From: Octopus bimaculoides
Lineage: Eukaryota
DNA: 64,000 bases
Direction of reading: 5' to 3'
Assembly (NCBI RefSeq): GCF_001194135.2
Contig: NC_068981.1
Span: 62,227,843 to 62,291,842 of the forward strand
A program made the position numbers and the translations under genes. Under the pieces are notes generated by a model, which worked only from the letters and a program-made list of their open reading frames with translations, did not search any database and was not told the DNA's origin. Of the stretch, positions 10,809-22,775 are shown one piece after another (the first letter of the stretch is position 1; every line of letters starts with the position of its first letter).

Positions 10809-11704
10809 CTCTTTATAAATAAATGTTCTGAAATATTTCACAGCCTTGGATTTTTATCTCATTCTGTTAATTTGTTTCTATATATATATATATACGTATG
10901 GTGATATATGACCTACGTTGGACTCCTCATTCGTATAATCACCGAAGCTGGAGCTTAACCATAGTCCGTCCATAGCACTTACTCAGCATTACCTATATAT
11001 ATATATTCAAAATACAAATACGCTATCAATATCTTTATATATATATATATAAAGTCTGGAAACGACCTGTACCTGTTTGCTTGAATGAAAAATAAAATTC
11101 TCCAAACCACATACCTCTCACTATATGTAAACACACTGTGACGATGTAATAAATACATTTAAAAAATAGGTTTTCCCAGTTTATAAAACTACAAACAGGA
11201 GGGTAAATATTTCAGTATCAATTCATTTCGCTTTCTGTGTCGAATCGACACTTCAAGCTCATCAGCTAGACATGGTACGTTAACTATTTTTAAAAGTATA
11301 TCTATCTTTCGGTGCGCCTTTGCTCATCTGAAGCCCCTCCGACTTCCAATGGAACATCAGTGACCAAATATAATTTCAAAATTCAAATAAGTTATCATTA
11401 TCTTTAAAAAAAACAATGATAAATATATATATATATATATATATANNNNNNNNNNNNNNNNNNNNNNNNNNNNNNNNNNNNNNNNNNNNNNNNNNNNNNN
11501 NNNNNNNNNNNNNNNNNNNNNNNNNNNNNNNNNNNNNNNNNNNNNNNNNNNNNTATATATTAAAAGTGAGGTTACAAAATGTACCTGCTTTCATATAGTG
11601 AGAGATACGTAGTTTGGAGAATTTTCTTCTTCTTTCAAGCAAACAAGTACATTTGGTAGCCTGAGGTTGGATATATATATATATATACGTTTATATATTC
11701 GTTT

Positions 11705-11900
11705 TGCAAGATTCTTGATATGAAATCGTGTGTTGAAACAGATATTGCTGTATTTGGGGATGGTCATGTTGCCAGTTTAGCCAATTAAAACACACGCACT
11801 ATATATTTGGTGTTAATTTGCTTCAGCTTTATTTTACATTAATCGTATTTCGGCCAGAGTTCTTTCGCCACACTTCTTTGACCTCATCAGTGCCCCTTTC
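11705..11900 (-). repeat. Penelope pLTR-like repeat (same family as 50345-50580)
   Basis: Shared tgaaatcgtgtgttgaaacag.tattg.tgtattt...ccaa.taaa.acac.c.cacta with the 50.3-kb copy. Contains a hammerhead core. Confidence 0.6.
11852..11895 (-). ncRNA. Minimal type I hammerhead ribozyme motif with intact catalytic core
   Basis: GGGCA-CUGAUGA-G-GUCA(loop)UGGC-GAAA-GAA-CUC-UGGCC. Predicted cleavage between 11857 and 11856. Stem I has one mismatch and stem III is minimal. Confidence 0.6.
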
Positions 11901-14066
11901 CTTTCTTATTTCTTATTTGTGTGCCTTTCCTTACTAACAATCAGCCATAAGAAAGAACTGCTGAAAGAATTCAAACACTCATACAAATCCCAATATTCAA
12001 TAAGTTTCTGTCTATAATACAAGTTTAAATGTTTGGTTAATTTCATGAGTCATATACGATTTAAAGTTCAGTAACATTGAGTTCTACTAACAATTAAATA
12101 CGATGAAGTTTTTAAAAAGTAGGCAAAGTTGGAAAAGAATAAAGGTGTTTTTGCAATTTCTATCGTAGTGTTTGAAAAAGGATTGTTTGGCGCTCGTTTT
12201 GCGAGTAAGAGCATGGACCGTTTTAAGCTGAAATTGCTTAACGAATTAGATTTTTTTTCCTAAGCTTAAGGAATTTCATGTTTTACTTAGGTTTAACAAA
12301 CTAGAATTTTCTGTTCAAACTTGGGCCTCAGGAAAAACATATGAGCAAATAAACATTGAGTTGACCGAGACCAGTAGCTTCTTAAATGATTCAACCAGCC
12401 GGAATGCTGGACGAATGTAAAAACAAAGACAAATTACCAAGTCCTATGACAAAAAAAAAATTACGTATGCAGAAAATCAACCAGCCAGAGCAACATATTT
12501 CTTCTGGTCAAAAGCAAGTGCTCAAAACAGTAAACAAATAGCATCACCAGGAGGTCAACCAACCTGAAGGCTGGACATTTACCAAACCATAAATTCCAAG
12601 CAGAACATTCGAAATACAAGTGATATTCTAGCATTCATCCAACTAAAATACTAGACCACAGGCGGAGAAAAACAAGTGAAGTCGTAAAATTTACAACCAA
12701 AGAAAACCTTAGCGCATGCCTTAAAAATTTGTATGCACAAAGCAAGTTCACCTTAAATCAGTCCAAGCTTTTACCAGCAAAACCAGCGACGAAGAATCCT
12801 CTATCATTCACTATGATAGAAATTGTTTCAAAAATATATTATTTCTTTTCTCATTCTTCTTGTTCTTTTAAAATATTCATCCTAACTAATTGCCACTATA
12901 ATTTGATGTTACTGAACTTTTATTCATGTATGAGTGTCATCGAGCGTTTGAAATTTTATGTTGTGCAGCATTGAACCACATGCTTGTGACTTCTTATTCG
13001 ATCTCTCTTTTCAGTTGTTAGCATTCTCCCATTAACAAAATCTCAAAGGATTAAAATAAATTGGAACGTCCTTCTAAAGTAAACTTATACGCATTACGAC
13101 GGTGACGCTAATAAGACAGTATTGCTTAATGAATGATATTTGCTGGCCAAGATTTGACTGGGGAAACAGATAAGCAGAGGTTAGTGATCGCACCAATGAT
13201 GACTGCATACAAGTGAGGTTGGCGCCAATAAACAGTTAACTGTATAAGATATTATATATATATATATATATATATNNNNNNNNNNNNNNNNNNNNNNNNN
13301 NNNNNNNNNNNNNNNNNNNNNNNNNNNNNNNNNNNNNNNNNNNNNNNNNNNNNNNNNNNNNNNNNNNNNNNNNNNNNNNNNNNNNNNNNNNNNNNNNNNN
13401 NNNNNNNNNNNNNNNNNNNNNNNNNNNNNNNNNNNNNNNNNNNNNNNNNNNNNNNNNNNNNNNNNNNNNNNNNNNNNNNNNNNNNNNNNNNNNNNNNNNN
13501 NNNNNNNNNNNNNNNNNNNNNNNNNNNNNNNNNNNNNNNNNNNNNNNNNNNNNNNNNNNNNNNNNNNNNNNNNNNNNNNNNNNNNNNNNNNNNNNNNNNN
13601 NNNNNNNNNNNNNNNNNNNNNNNNNNNNNNNNNNNNNNNNNNNNNNNNNNNNNNNNNNNNNNNNNNNNNNNNNNNNNNNNNNNNNNNNNNNNNNNNNNNN
13701 NNNNNNNNNNNNNNNNNNNNNNNNNNNNNNNNNNNNNNNNNNNNNNNNNNNNNNNNNNNNNNNNNNNNNNNNNNNNNNNNNNNNNNNNNNNNNNNNNNNN
13801 NNNNNNNNNNNNNNNNNNNNNNNNNNNNNNNNNNNNNNNNNNNNNNNNNNNNNNNNNNNNNNNNNNNNNNNNNNNNNNNNNNNNNNNNNNNNNNNNNNNN
13901 NNNNNNNNNNNNNNNNNNNNNNNNNNNNNNNNNNNNNNNNNNNNNNNNNNNNNNNNNNNNNNNNNNNNNNNNNNNNNNNNNNNNNNNNNNNNNNNNNNNN
14001 NNNNNNNNNNNNNNNNNNNNNNNNNNNNNNNNNNNNNNNNNNNNNNNNNNNNNNNNNNNNNNNNNN

Positions 14067-14110
<44 letters not shown>

Positions 14111-14239
14111 TAGTAACTAAAACAAAAAGGGAAGAATTTCGATTTTCCCCACGTGGTGATTTGTAATATATATAAGAAACTAAAGAAGGAAAATGCACAC
14201 ACTTTACATAGTTTTAATACAATTTTTAATATTATATTG

Positions 14240-15300
14240 TGTTTGTCCACCGGTTTCGCTTTCGCTAATCATGGCCTTAAAATTTAGTTTAATGCGTATT
14301 TTCTTAAACTTTTTTGACTCTGATATGTGTGGAGTTTATGAATGAAGGATTTACCAAATAAAAAAATCTAAGTGGAGGTAATTGGTTATCGGTATTATTA
14401 TGCACAGGGGTGATAGTTGTTCATCTTCCCCTATAAATTCAAAATCTAGGGTAGTGTGGAGAAATATATACAGTGATAGGTGTGTAATCGTGAATTAAAT
14501 TATTTCAGAGCTCAGAGTTGGTTATTCGTGCATATTTAGACGTGTTCTATATTTTTTGATGAATCAATTTTCTTAATTAATCAATTTTCTTAGTTAATTG
14601 TTCTTGTAAAGAAATTGTATCTTTGCACTGGGAGAATGGGGGAATACTGTGAAATTTGGTTGATGTTACCTGCATATTTCACTATGTGTTCACTTAAAGG
14701 AATCTCTCTGTAGTGTTTCTCCGTTTCAATGTCATACTCGTCTGTCTATATAGTCATATCCATCACCCGTGTAGGTTATTACATAAATTAGATTCACAGG
14801 GGCAACAGTGACGTTGATTTTAATTGTGAACCTCTCTCTTTTTTTGAAAAGGAAACCCAAGCCTACTAGTAGGTTGGGGCATTTTCCACTCTTCGGGCCT
14901 CCACATATTCTAACCGCATTTTTTTAGAATTCTCTGTAATGAGTTGTATTGCTCTTTCCATTTGAGGAATTTATGTCCTTTCATGATGTTGTTCATTTTG
15001 GAGTTTCTAGTTAGTAAAGGAAATTTTTCCCAATAGTATTTTATGCCTCATTGTTTTCTAGGGTTGTGAGTTGATACATACAATAGTGCTTTGAGATGAG
15101 GTGTAGTGCTATGCTTTGTTGTCCTTAGTGTTTTTATGTTTAATTTCTCGGAACGCTTAATTCAGCGGTTCTTTTAATATAATTACAGAAATGTTATTCC
15201 ACTCCCTCTAACCAATTTCAACATAATGTTTTTTAACAGTCCTTGTTTTCTTCATAACTGTGAGCATCAACGTCACAAACCTTTTTTATTCTACAGCATG
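14240..15300 (-). mobile_element. Penelope-like retroelement 3' fragment (Cys-rich linker, GIY-YIG, pLTR)
   Basis: AVRICGGPKSGKCPNLL..., YREIPLSEHI..SPFSQCK. Homologous to the 17.3-18.0 kb and 42.1-42.4 kb copies. Degenerate hammerhead-like end at 14245-14276. Confidence 0.8.
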
Positions 15301-15571
15301 TGGGGATAGAGGGAAATTAAAATCTTAAAAACGTGATTACTGAACAAAATCGTATTAACTCCCATTTATACGATGAAACTATACATAGTTTCTAATCCTT
15401 CTTAAGAACAGAAAATGCTCTCCAGTATAATCTTATTCTGTGGAAGGGACAAAATGGGTATTATTTCAATATTCCTCGGAATGAACCTGAACAGGATAGC
15501 CAATTACAAACTGAAAGGTGTCGTCAAATGACTTCTACTCTTATCAACTGATGATAAGACCAGAACAATCA

Positions 15572-15765
15572 AATCCTTTCTACTATAGACACAAGGCTTG
15601 AAATTTAGGGGGAGTGGACTAGACGATTACATCGACACCAGTGTCTCACTGGTACTTAATTTATCGACCCCGAAAGGATGAACGGCAAAGTTGACTCCGG
15701 TGGCATTTAAACTCAGGACGTAAAGACAGGCGAAATACCTCTCAAGCATTTTGCCAGCTCGCCGC
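15572..15765 (-). mobile_element. tRNA-derived SINE (octopus-type)
   Basis: Minus strand reads gagtttaaatgccaccggagtcaactttgcc.ttcatcctttcggggtcgataaattaagtaccag...tgtctatagtagaaaggatt. Same family as 22572-22775 and 29215-29330. Confidence 0.8.
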
Positions 15766-16330
15766 TTTCTAGAACAATTAAATCAATTACACATGTCAAA
15801 TAATCTTTATTTTCATTTACGTATTTTCGACGTCATCTCAATAACCAACTATAGTTATTTCAAATACACTTCTTTACAACGACCATAGTTTCACACTTTC
15901 AATTTGAAAATGGTTTCACACTTTCAGTTTGAAGCAAAATTAGCAAGTGTTGCATTACGAGAGTGACGATGTGCGAATAATAAAAGTAATGTTTCTCCGA
16001 ATTCGTCGCATGTGTATTATAATAAAGAAAGCTGTTATCTATCTGCCGAATAAACTATGATTTTTATCTCAAAGACTCTTTCCTACAACTACGCATGATT
16101 TTGAGGTCATTTTAGGACAATATTTTTATTTGCTTCTAATGTATCACTTTCGTCATTTGTTTCTAATGTATCACTTTCGTCCGTTGTTCCACACTTGCTC
16201 AAAATTCTACTGAGACAAACATTTATGAAAATGTACACATAAATATTGTATTAAAGTAAGCAACAGCCAAGAAATGGCATTAAAAGACATCCATTTTTCT
16301 ATTTTATGAGGAAATACTGTTTCTCTCACG

Positions 16331-16332
<2 letters not shown>

Positions 16333-16419
<87 letters not shown>

Positions 16420-16672
16420 TCTTTCTCAGGCACAGACAAAAAGATGCATGCATATGTATTTATGGGCGAAGGTCAAGAATATGCACTCCCGGTGTTTAGG
16501 GTTAGGGTTACGCCGAAATCAGACAGTGGGCGTATTCTTTACCTCCGCTTATTTATGTATGTGTATATGATAGATAATATGTGGTTGTAAGAGAGAAAGA
16601 GAGAGAGAGCGAGTACCACTTACACATACATGCAAAAAATTTCATACATGACGACACATACTTTTACTTTCT

Positions 16673-16720
<48 letters not shown>
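16333..16720. repeat. Two (CT)n microsatellites (16333-16420, 16676-16720) with a short TTAGGG-containing segment between them
   Basis: Pure CT runs. tttagggttagggtta occurs at about 16494-16509. Confidence 0.85.
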
Positions 16721-17289
16721 NNNNNNNNNNNNNNNNNNNNNNNNNNNNNNNNNNNNNNNNNNNNNNNNNNNNNNNNNNNNNNNNNNNNNNNNNNNNNNNN
16801 NNNNNNNNNNNNNNNNNNNNNNNNNNNNNNNNNNNNNNNNNNNNNNNNNNNNNNNNNNNNNNNNNNNNNNNNNNNNNNNNNNNNNNNNNNNNNNNNNNNN
16901 NNNNNNNNNNNNNNNNNNNNNNNNNNNNNNNNNNNNNNNNNNNNNNNNNNNNNNNNNNNNNNNNNNNNNNNNNNNNNNNNNNNNNNNNNNNNNNNNNNNN
17001 NNNNNNNNNNNNNNNNNNNNNNNNNNNNNNNNNNNNNNNNNNNNNNNNNNNNNNNNNNNNNNNNNNNNNNNNNNNNNNNNNNNNNNNNNNNNNNNNNNNN
17101 NNNNNNNNNNNNNNNNNNNNNNNNNNNNNNNNNNNNNNNNNNNNNNNNNNNNNNNNNNNNNNNNNNNNNNNNNNNNNNNNNNNNNNNNNNNNNNNNNNNN
17201 NNNNNNNNNNNNNNNNNNNATAAATTTAAAAGGAAGTTTTCCCAGAAATCCTGTCCTTTACCTCTTCTCTCTAGCATGTCTGAAGTAAC

Positions 17290-18050
17290 AATTCCGTCAC
17301 CCCCTTATTTTTTCCCCTAAATTTCTTCCCATTCCTATGTTTGCGGCACAAGGGGATTAGGATTTCACCCACAAAACACGTTCTAAATATTTTAATTTTC
17401 TCGCTCTCCACGCCACTTGTTTTGTGAGCGGATTTATGTACAGTGATGTAATCGTGAATTGAAATATGTAAAACGATAAAAGTTGGTTATGCGTGCATAT
17501 TAAGACGTGTTCTGTATTTTTCGATGAAAACGTTTCTTTATTTAAACATTCTTGTGGGGAAATTGTGTTTTGCACTGCTAGAAAGGGAAGACTGTGAAAT
17601 TTGGTTTGATGTTAACTATATGTTCACTGAGAGGAATTTGCCTATATTGCGGGAAACGGATTTGCTTTTATGTAGATTGGTTCCCCGTCTCAAGGTCATA
17701 CTCGTCTGTCCAATAAAGTTGTGTCCGCAACCCGAGCAGGTTATTACATAAATTAGGTTCTCAGAGGCACAAGTGAAACTAATTTAAATTGTGAACCTCT
17801 GTCCTTGTATGTAAAGGAAATCCGAGCCTTCAAGTAAGTTGGGTCAAGTTCCACAGTTTCGCCGTCCACAATTTTTAACCGTTGCTTTCGTGCTTGCTTT
17901 GTAAAGCTTCGCATTTGTTAGAAGACTCGTTAGCTATTTGTGTTGCATTTTGCATTTGATGAGTTTGAGCGTTTTCAGGATGTCGTTCATTTTTGGATGT
18001 CTAGTTAGTAAAGGATGGGAACGAAAGCAGCCTCTGTTCTTACGAACCTA
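17290..18050 (-). mobile_element. Penelope-like retroelement 3' fragment (GIY-YIG endonuclease)
   Basis: VKNCGRRNCGT*PNLLEG..QGQRFTI*ISFTCASENLIYVITCSGCGHNFIGQTSMTLR..QYRQIPLSEHI. Confidence 0.88.
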
Positions 18051-18125
18051 ATAATGGGTTATTTTGAATAATTCCTTATATATATTACAACATGGGGGTA
18101 ATCGAAATTCCTCCTTTTCTGTTAC

Positions 18126-18174
<49 letters not shown>

Positions 18175-18639
18175 TGTATGTATATATGTATGTATGTATG
18201 TATGTATGTACATATGTATATGTACGTATGTATGTTTGTATGTATGTATGCAAATGTGGGTGCGTGTGTGAATGTACTTTATAGAGCCAGTAGGCTGTGT
18301 CCATGCTGACAATACCGTAATTTTTTTAAAAAGAGTATGTATTATCTTCAAACAGATGTGTGTATTTTTTTTCATATAGCATGAAGAATAACTGCGAATC
18401 TACATGTAACATGCATTTGAGTTATTTACGAAAAGAGATATATCAGATGGGAGTTGAATGGATAGGAAAGAAATAAGGGGAAAATTCAAAGCAATATTAA
18501 AATAGATTTAATTGTGTTTTATATTTAATGCTCATCGTCATTTCCATGACTTGTATGAAATGCTAAGACTGTTTGTCCGTGCCAAAGGCAAACATGCGCA
18601 TAGACTCACATTCTAACAGACACGAGCACACATTTAAGA

Positions 18640-20720
18640 AGGATCAGAAACCACGTATTGTTTCATCGTATAAATGAGTGGCTACACAAGGAAAACGAAA
18701 TGGAACTTGCGAAGGCAATGTCTCTGGTGAAAAGGAAGCCAAACCAATCTGCATGCCCGAGGCACGACCTTACAAACATGCTCTTTATTGAGCAAATGAT
18801 GCTCCAACCAAGAAGGGGGGAAATGTCCTGGACCTCTGCTTCACATATCACACGGTGCTCATCCATAATGTTAAGGTGACTCCGGCGATTTTCACATATC
18901 ATGACTTAATAGAACTAACAACGTATGGTCTACAGACATGCAGGGTATTCGAAGTACCCAACACCTCTTCAACCTGAACTTTCAAAAAACTGAGTGGAAG
19001 AGTACCGTGAAAGGGGTCATCGAACAAAACTAGTTTACCAGTCTCTTTTCGCAAGCTATTGACATGAAGCTACAGCACATTATAACAATAATGCATGACA
19101 TATGCAGTAAGTTCGCTCTAGAGAGAATATGCCAAACTAACAGAAATATATAATACCCAGGAATAGGAGGATTCTAATGAGACGATGAGCAGAATCTCAT
19201 ATCGTCTAAATGAGCTACTAAAATTTAGCAAGCAATGCTCTCTCAAACAAACATTGCTCGAGAACGAAAATGAACCCAAATACTCCCATGAAAAGGAGAA
19301 GGCAGTAAACGAAACCCTGGCTTTCAAAAATATTAAAACAATCCCTAAACCTTCTATAGATATGCAAAAGTGTTTGCTTCAGTGCGGTACAAAATAGGGC
19401 CACTGTTTGAAGAAAATGGCCCGCCGACTACGACCCTTGAAGGATCAGTGAAATATTGAATGTACAATACAAGCGTGTTTCATCACTACACTGGGGCACT
19501 TGCAAGTAGCTATGCCTCATGAGATCTTTGGCTCTACAGACCTACACAAAGAAAGAGAAATTATTGATAGCATCAAAATCGAAGAAACTGATGTAATATC
19601 GTCCAATGATGAATTGAGCTGAAACTCAGTCACATGACCTGATAGATTCCCAGCAATCCTATAGGAATGCGAAAGAGCACTCGCAAGAAAACTTCAGATT
19701 CTCTTTCAGAAGTTCCTCACAAATGGAATACCTTCCAAAAAGATAGAGGGAGGCATAATATGTCCTATCCATAAGGGGGGTGGCAGAAGAGATACTAAAA
19801 GTTATAGACCCGTCTCTCTAACCTCTCGTACCGGCAAAGTCAGAGATGTATTGTCTGGGAGAAACTCATTGTGTTCCCTGAAGATGATGACTTCTTTGCT
19901 GACACCCAGCATGGCTTCTGTTCAGCATTTGCAGCACTATAACTAGGTGTTGAAACAATTAATCATTTGCTCAACGTAGATGTGATATATCTCGACATTG
20001 CAACGGTCCTTGGTAAGGTTGATAATGTGAAGATAGTGTCAGTGTGCAGGTAAATGACCGGATTGATTCTGAGAACCTCCAGAACAAGGAACCTGGAAAT
20101 TATGCTGGTCCTTTAGAGGACATTTCTCCTCAGCCGTCTGTACTACTGCTCTCAACTGTGGTCACCCTACAGTGTCAGATTAATAAGGAAACTTGAGACG
20201 GTTCGGCGATGTTCCACAAGGAAGATTGCATCAATGAAACAGTAATTGAGAAAGACCGAAAGAGCTATGACTCTACTCCCTGGAGCGGAGACCGGTGAGG
20301 TATGCAGTGTTATATAAGTGGAGGATACTGGAGGGGCTGGCACCAAACATTGAAGTCGAGTGTTATATTCCAAAGATCCCAGATGTCCAACGTACAATGA
20401 GAATCATGTACTGTAATAGCTTGGGTGGGGTTAATGGTCCACAGCTATTTAAAGCCTTGTTGAAACATGTGAGGGATGACCGTGTAGTGTATTTCACTAG
20501 AATTATTATATGTTTACAAGAGCTTGACAGGCATCCCTGACTAGCAGGTCAAGCTACTCCAGACAGATGACGAGCAAAGACTCAGAAACATGTCTCTGGA
20601 TGCAGGCTTAGCTGGGTAGAGGTGCTTGTCTCCCCCTTGTAAAAATAAGGACACAGGAAATGTGACAAGGCCGACAGGAAACGGTGCAGCTTCCTAGGTC
20701 TAACCCACAGTAGTATTATT
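18640..20720 (+). mobile_element. Decayed CR1-group LINE (APE end, RT, C-terminus), internally deleted
   Basis: GGNVLDLCFT..HNVKVTP..HDLIEL (APE end); ICPIHKGGGRRDTKSYRPVSLTS, DTQHGF, VDVIYLD (RT); RYAVLYKWRILEGLAPN..YCNSLG..GPQLF (C-terminus). Confidence 0.85.
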
Positions 20721-22571
20721 CCCTTCAGGGGACTGTCACATTAAGTTGACAGCATACAACTACTTCATCGTATCATTACTACATAAATCTCTCTGAGAGA
20801 GTTAGAAATGTATTATTTCTAAACTTGAGATTAGCTCAAAATTAGAGGCGTAGACTCTGGCTACTTTCACCTTTTCATTTGACAAACTGTTCAATTTGAT
20901 GAACTGTACCATTATATTTAATTCTCCCAACTCGAATTGAAGTTTGGACACATAAAAGCTGAATGAAACCCATTCTGGGATCTTTCTTGAATTACTTCAC
21001 AATTTTGCTGCGCCGATCGTTCGTGCTATTACTTATAAAACATTCCTTTTACTCCTGCCCACACACACTCTCACACGCATATGTGTGTATGTGCTTGTGT
21101 GTATGTATGTGAGTGTGTGGGAGAGAGAATCTACCTAGGTATTTACGTGAATGTCTCTTACATTGGAAAATATTTACGCTTGAGTATTTTAAACTGTATC
21201 ATTCATACATGACATTATATATTACTTATTTATACATCACGCATATAACATTTCTATATTCGTGTGACTTCATACAAAAGACCGTTTCATTTACGGAATG
21301 TGTTCCGTAATTTGCCGTAAAGTTACTGCTTGATTATATTAAATGAAATCTTAAATTGTATTATCTATTGAATTTCATCATAATAATGCCAATCAGAACT
21401 TTCTGTATATTTTTTTGATTATGAAAACTAAGGCAACATATAGATTATAATTTTGTGTACTGATGAGCAGATTAAATATTTTTCGGAGCGATACAGTTGG
21501 AGGTGATTAGTTCAAGTATCTAAATAAATGTTCAGATCAGTCAAATTCTGATTCTGCACTTTACTCTAAATACCGTATTTTACGTTAACTAGCATTTTCC
21601 TATCAGACAATTCGACAATTCGATACTTCGTTAATTCTCTTGCCTTTTTCAAACTTATGTAACAATTTTACTCACGTATTGATTGGAAATCCATGAATAA
21701 TCTCCGAAAACATTTCCTGCGTTCCTATGAAACCACTTAATGTTGTTTTATAAAATTTCGTCTAGAAAATAAACCGAATTGAATTGAAAGAAATTGCAAA
21801 TTATCTACTCAGAACTGAAAGAACTTTTGAAATTTTTCTCGTAATTTTCATTACTTCATATTCACAGCAAATCGACTTATTGATATCATTTATGTTATAA
21901 CAGTTTATGGCAGTTAGCAAATGATACAGTTATTGACAAGTTCAAACACTTTTTTTTTTTGCAATACTTGCATTGTTTGATTGCCGCTAACAACATATAT
22001 TAGAATTTTCATGCAGACTTTTCCATGGCTAATGGCTCTGCAATAAATTGCGCAGCACATATTAATTAATATATATGGAGTATCCACTTGTATTGATTTC
22101 GAATATTAATTATTGGTCTGGGATTATTTCAGCGAATCAAAAGTCCACCGGATTAATGTAGTTATACCATTAGCATTTATCTTATGCATTTCCACGTTCT
22201 GCTGTACTGGTGTGTTAGATTTTATTCTGGTTTGGTTAATACAGAATTCCAAGAAAATCTCTTGGTTGATTAACTCATTCTCTCTCTCTTTCTGAAGAAT
22301 TAGCTATGAAGTTCATATATAAATGTTTATTAGTTTACATATTTCCTGAAATATTCAGCATACTATTGTCGAATTCATATAGCTAATTGACATTACTTAA
22401 GTTGAAGTCATGTTCCTAATTAACTGAATAAGTAAGAAAATTATTACTTCAATAATGGAATGACTACAGGTTGCACGTTCCACTTTATTGTAGAATTCCT
22501 TATAATTATACTCATGTAACCAGGTTTATATATTTAAAATTGATTTATTACAAAATAATGGTTTCAAATCT

Positions 22572-22775
22572 TGGCACAAGGCAAGCGGTTTCGGGGTACA
22601 TCTGTTACATAAACCCCACAGCTGAACTGGTAGTTATTTTATAAACCTCGAAATTATGAATCACAGAGTCAACCTTGACGGAATTCAAACTGTGAACATA
22701 CAGACAGAGGGAATGCTGCTTAGCAATTTTCCGGGAGTGATAACGATTCTGACAGCTCACTGCCTTAATGTAATA
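22572..22775 (-). mobile_element. Diverged tRNA-derived SINE (family of 15572-15765)
   Basis: ggcacaaggc...ctggtagttatttt...gtcaaccttgacggaattcaaact...taacgattctgacagctcactgcc aligns with the other copies. Confidence 0.7.

Larger units (their letters stand above)
10287..10890. repeat. ~600-bp long inverted repeat of pLTR-like units, each arm with a hammerhead-like motif
   Basis: Arms about 10287-10565 and 10590-10890 with a 24-nt spacer, roughly 85-90% complementary by eye, flanked by (TA)n. Confidence 0.9.

Noticed and set aside
15888-16181. Short two-copy tandem duplications (25 bp near 15890; 27 bp at 16128-16181) as a CRISPR-like or regulatory array
   Set aside because: They are only two adjacent copies with no spacers, typical of replication slippage. 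No CRISPR or prokaryotic features occur in the window.
16494-16510. TTAGGG repeats as an interstitial telomere
   Set aside because: There are only about 2.5 units, within what looks like an interspersed repeat.
17840-17870. TGA at a zinc-ligand Cys position (CGT*P) suggesting a selenoprotein PLE as in some Naiad elements
   Set aside because: The paralogous copy near 14885 has TGC at this position and the element has other stops, so a simple nonsense mutation is more likely. No SECIS was seen.
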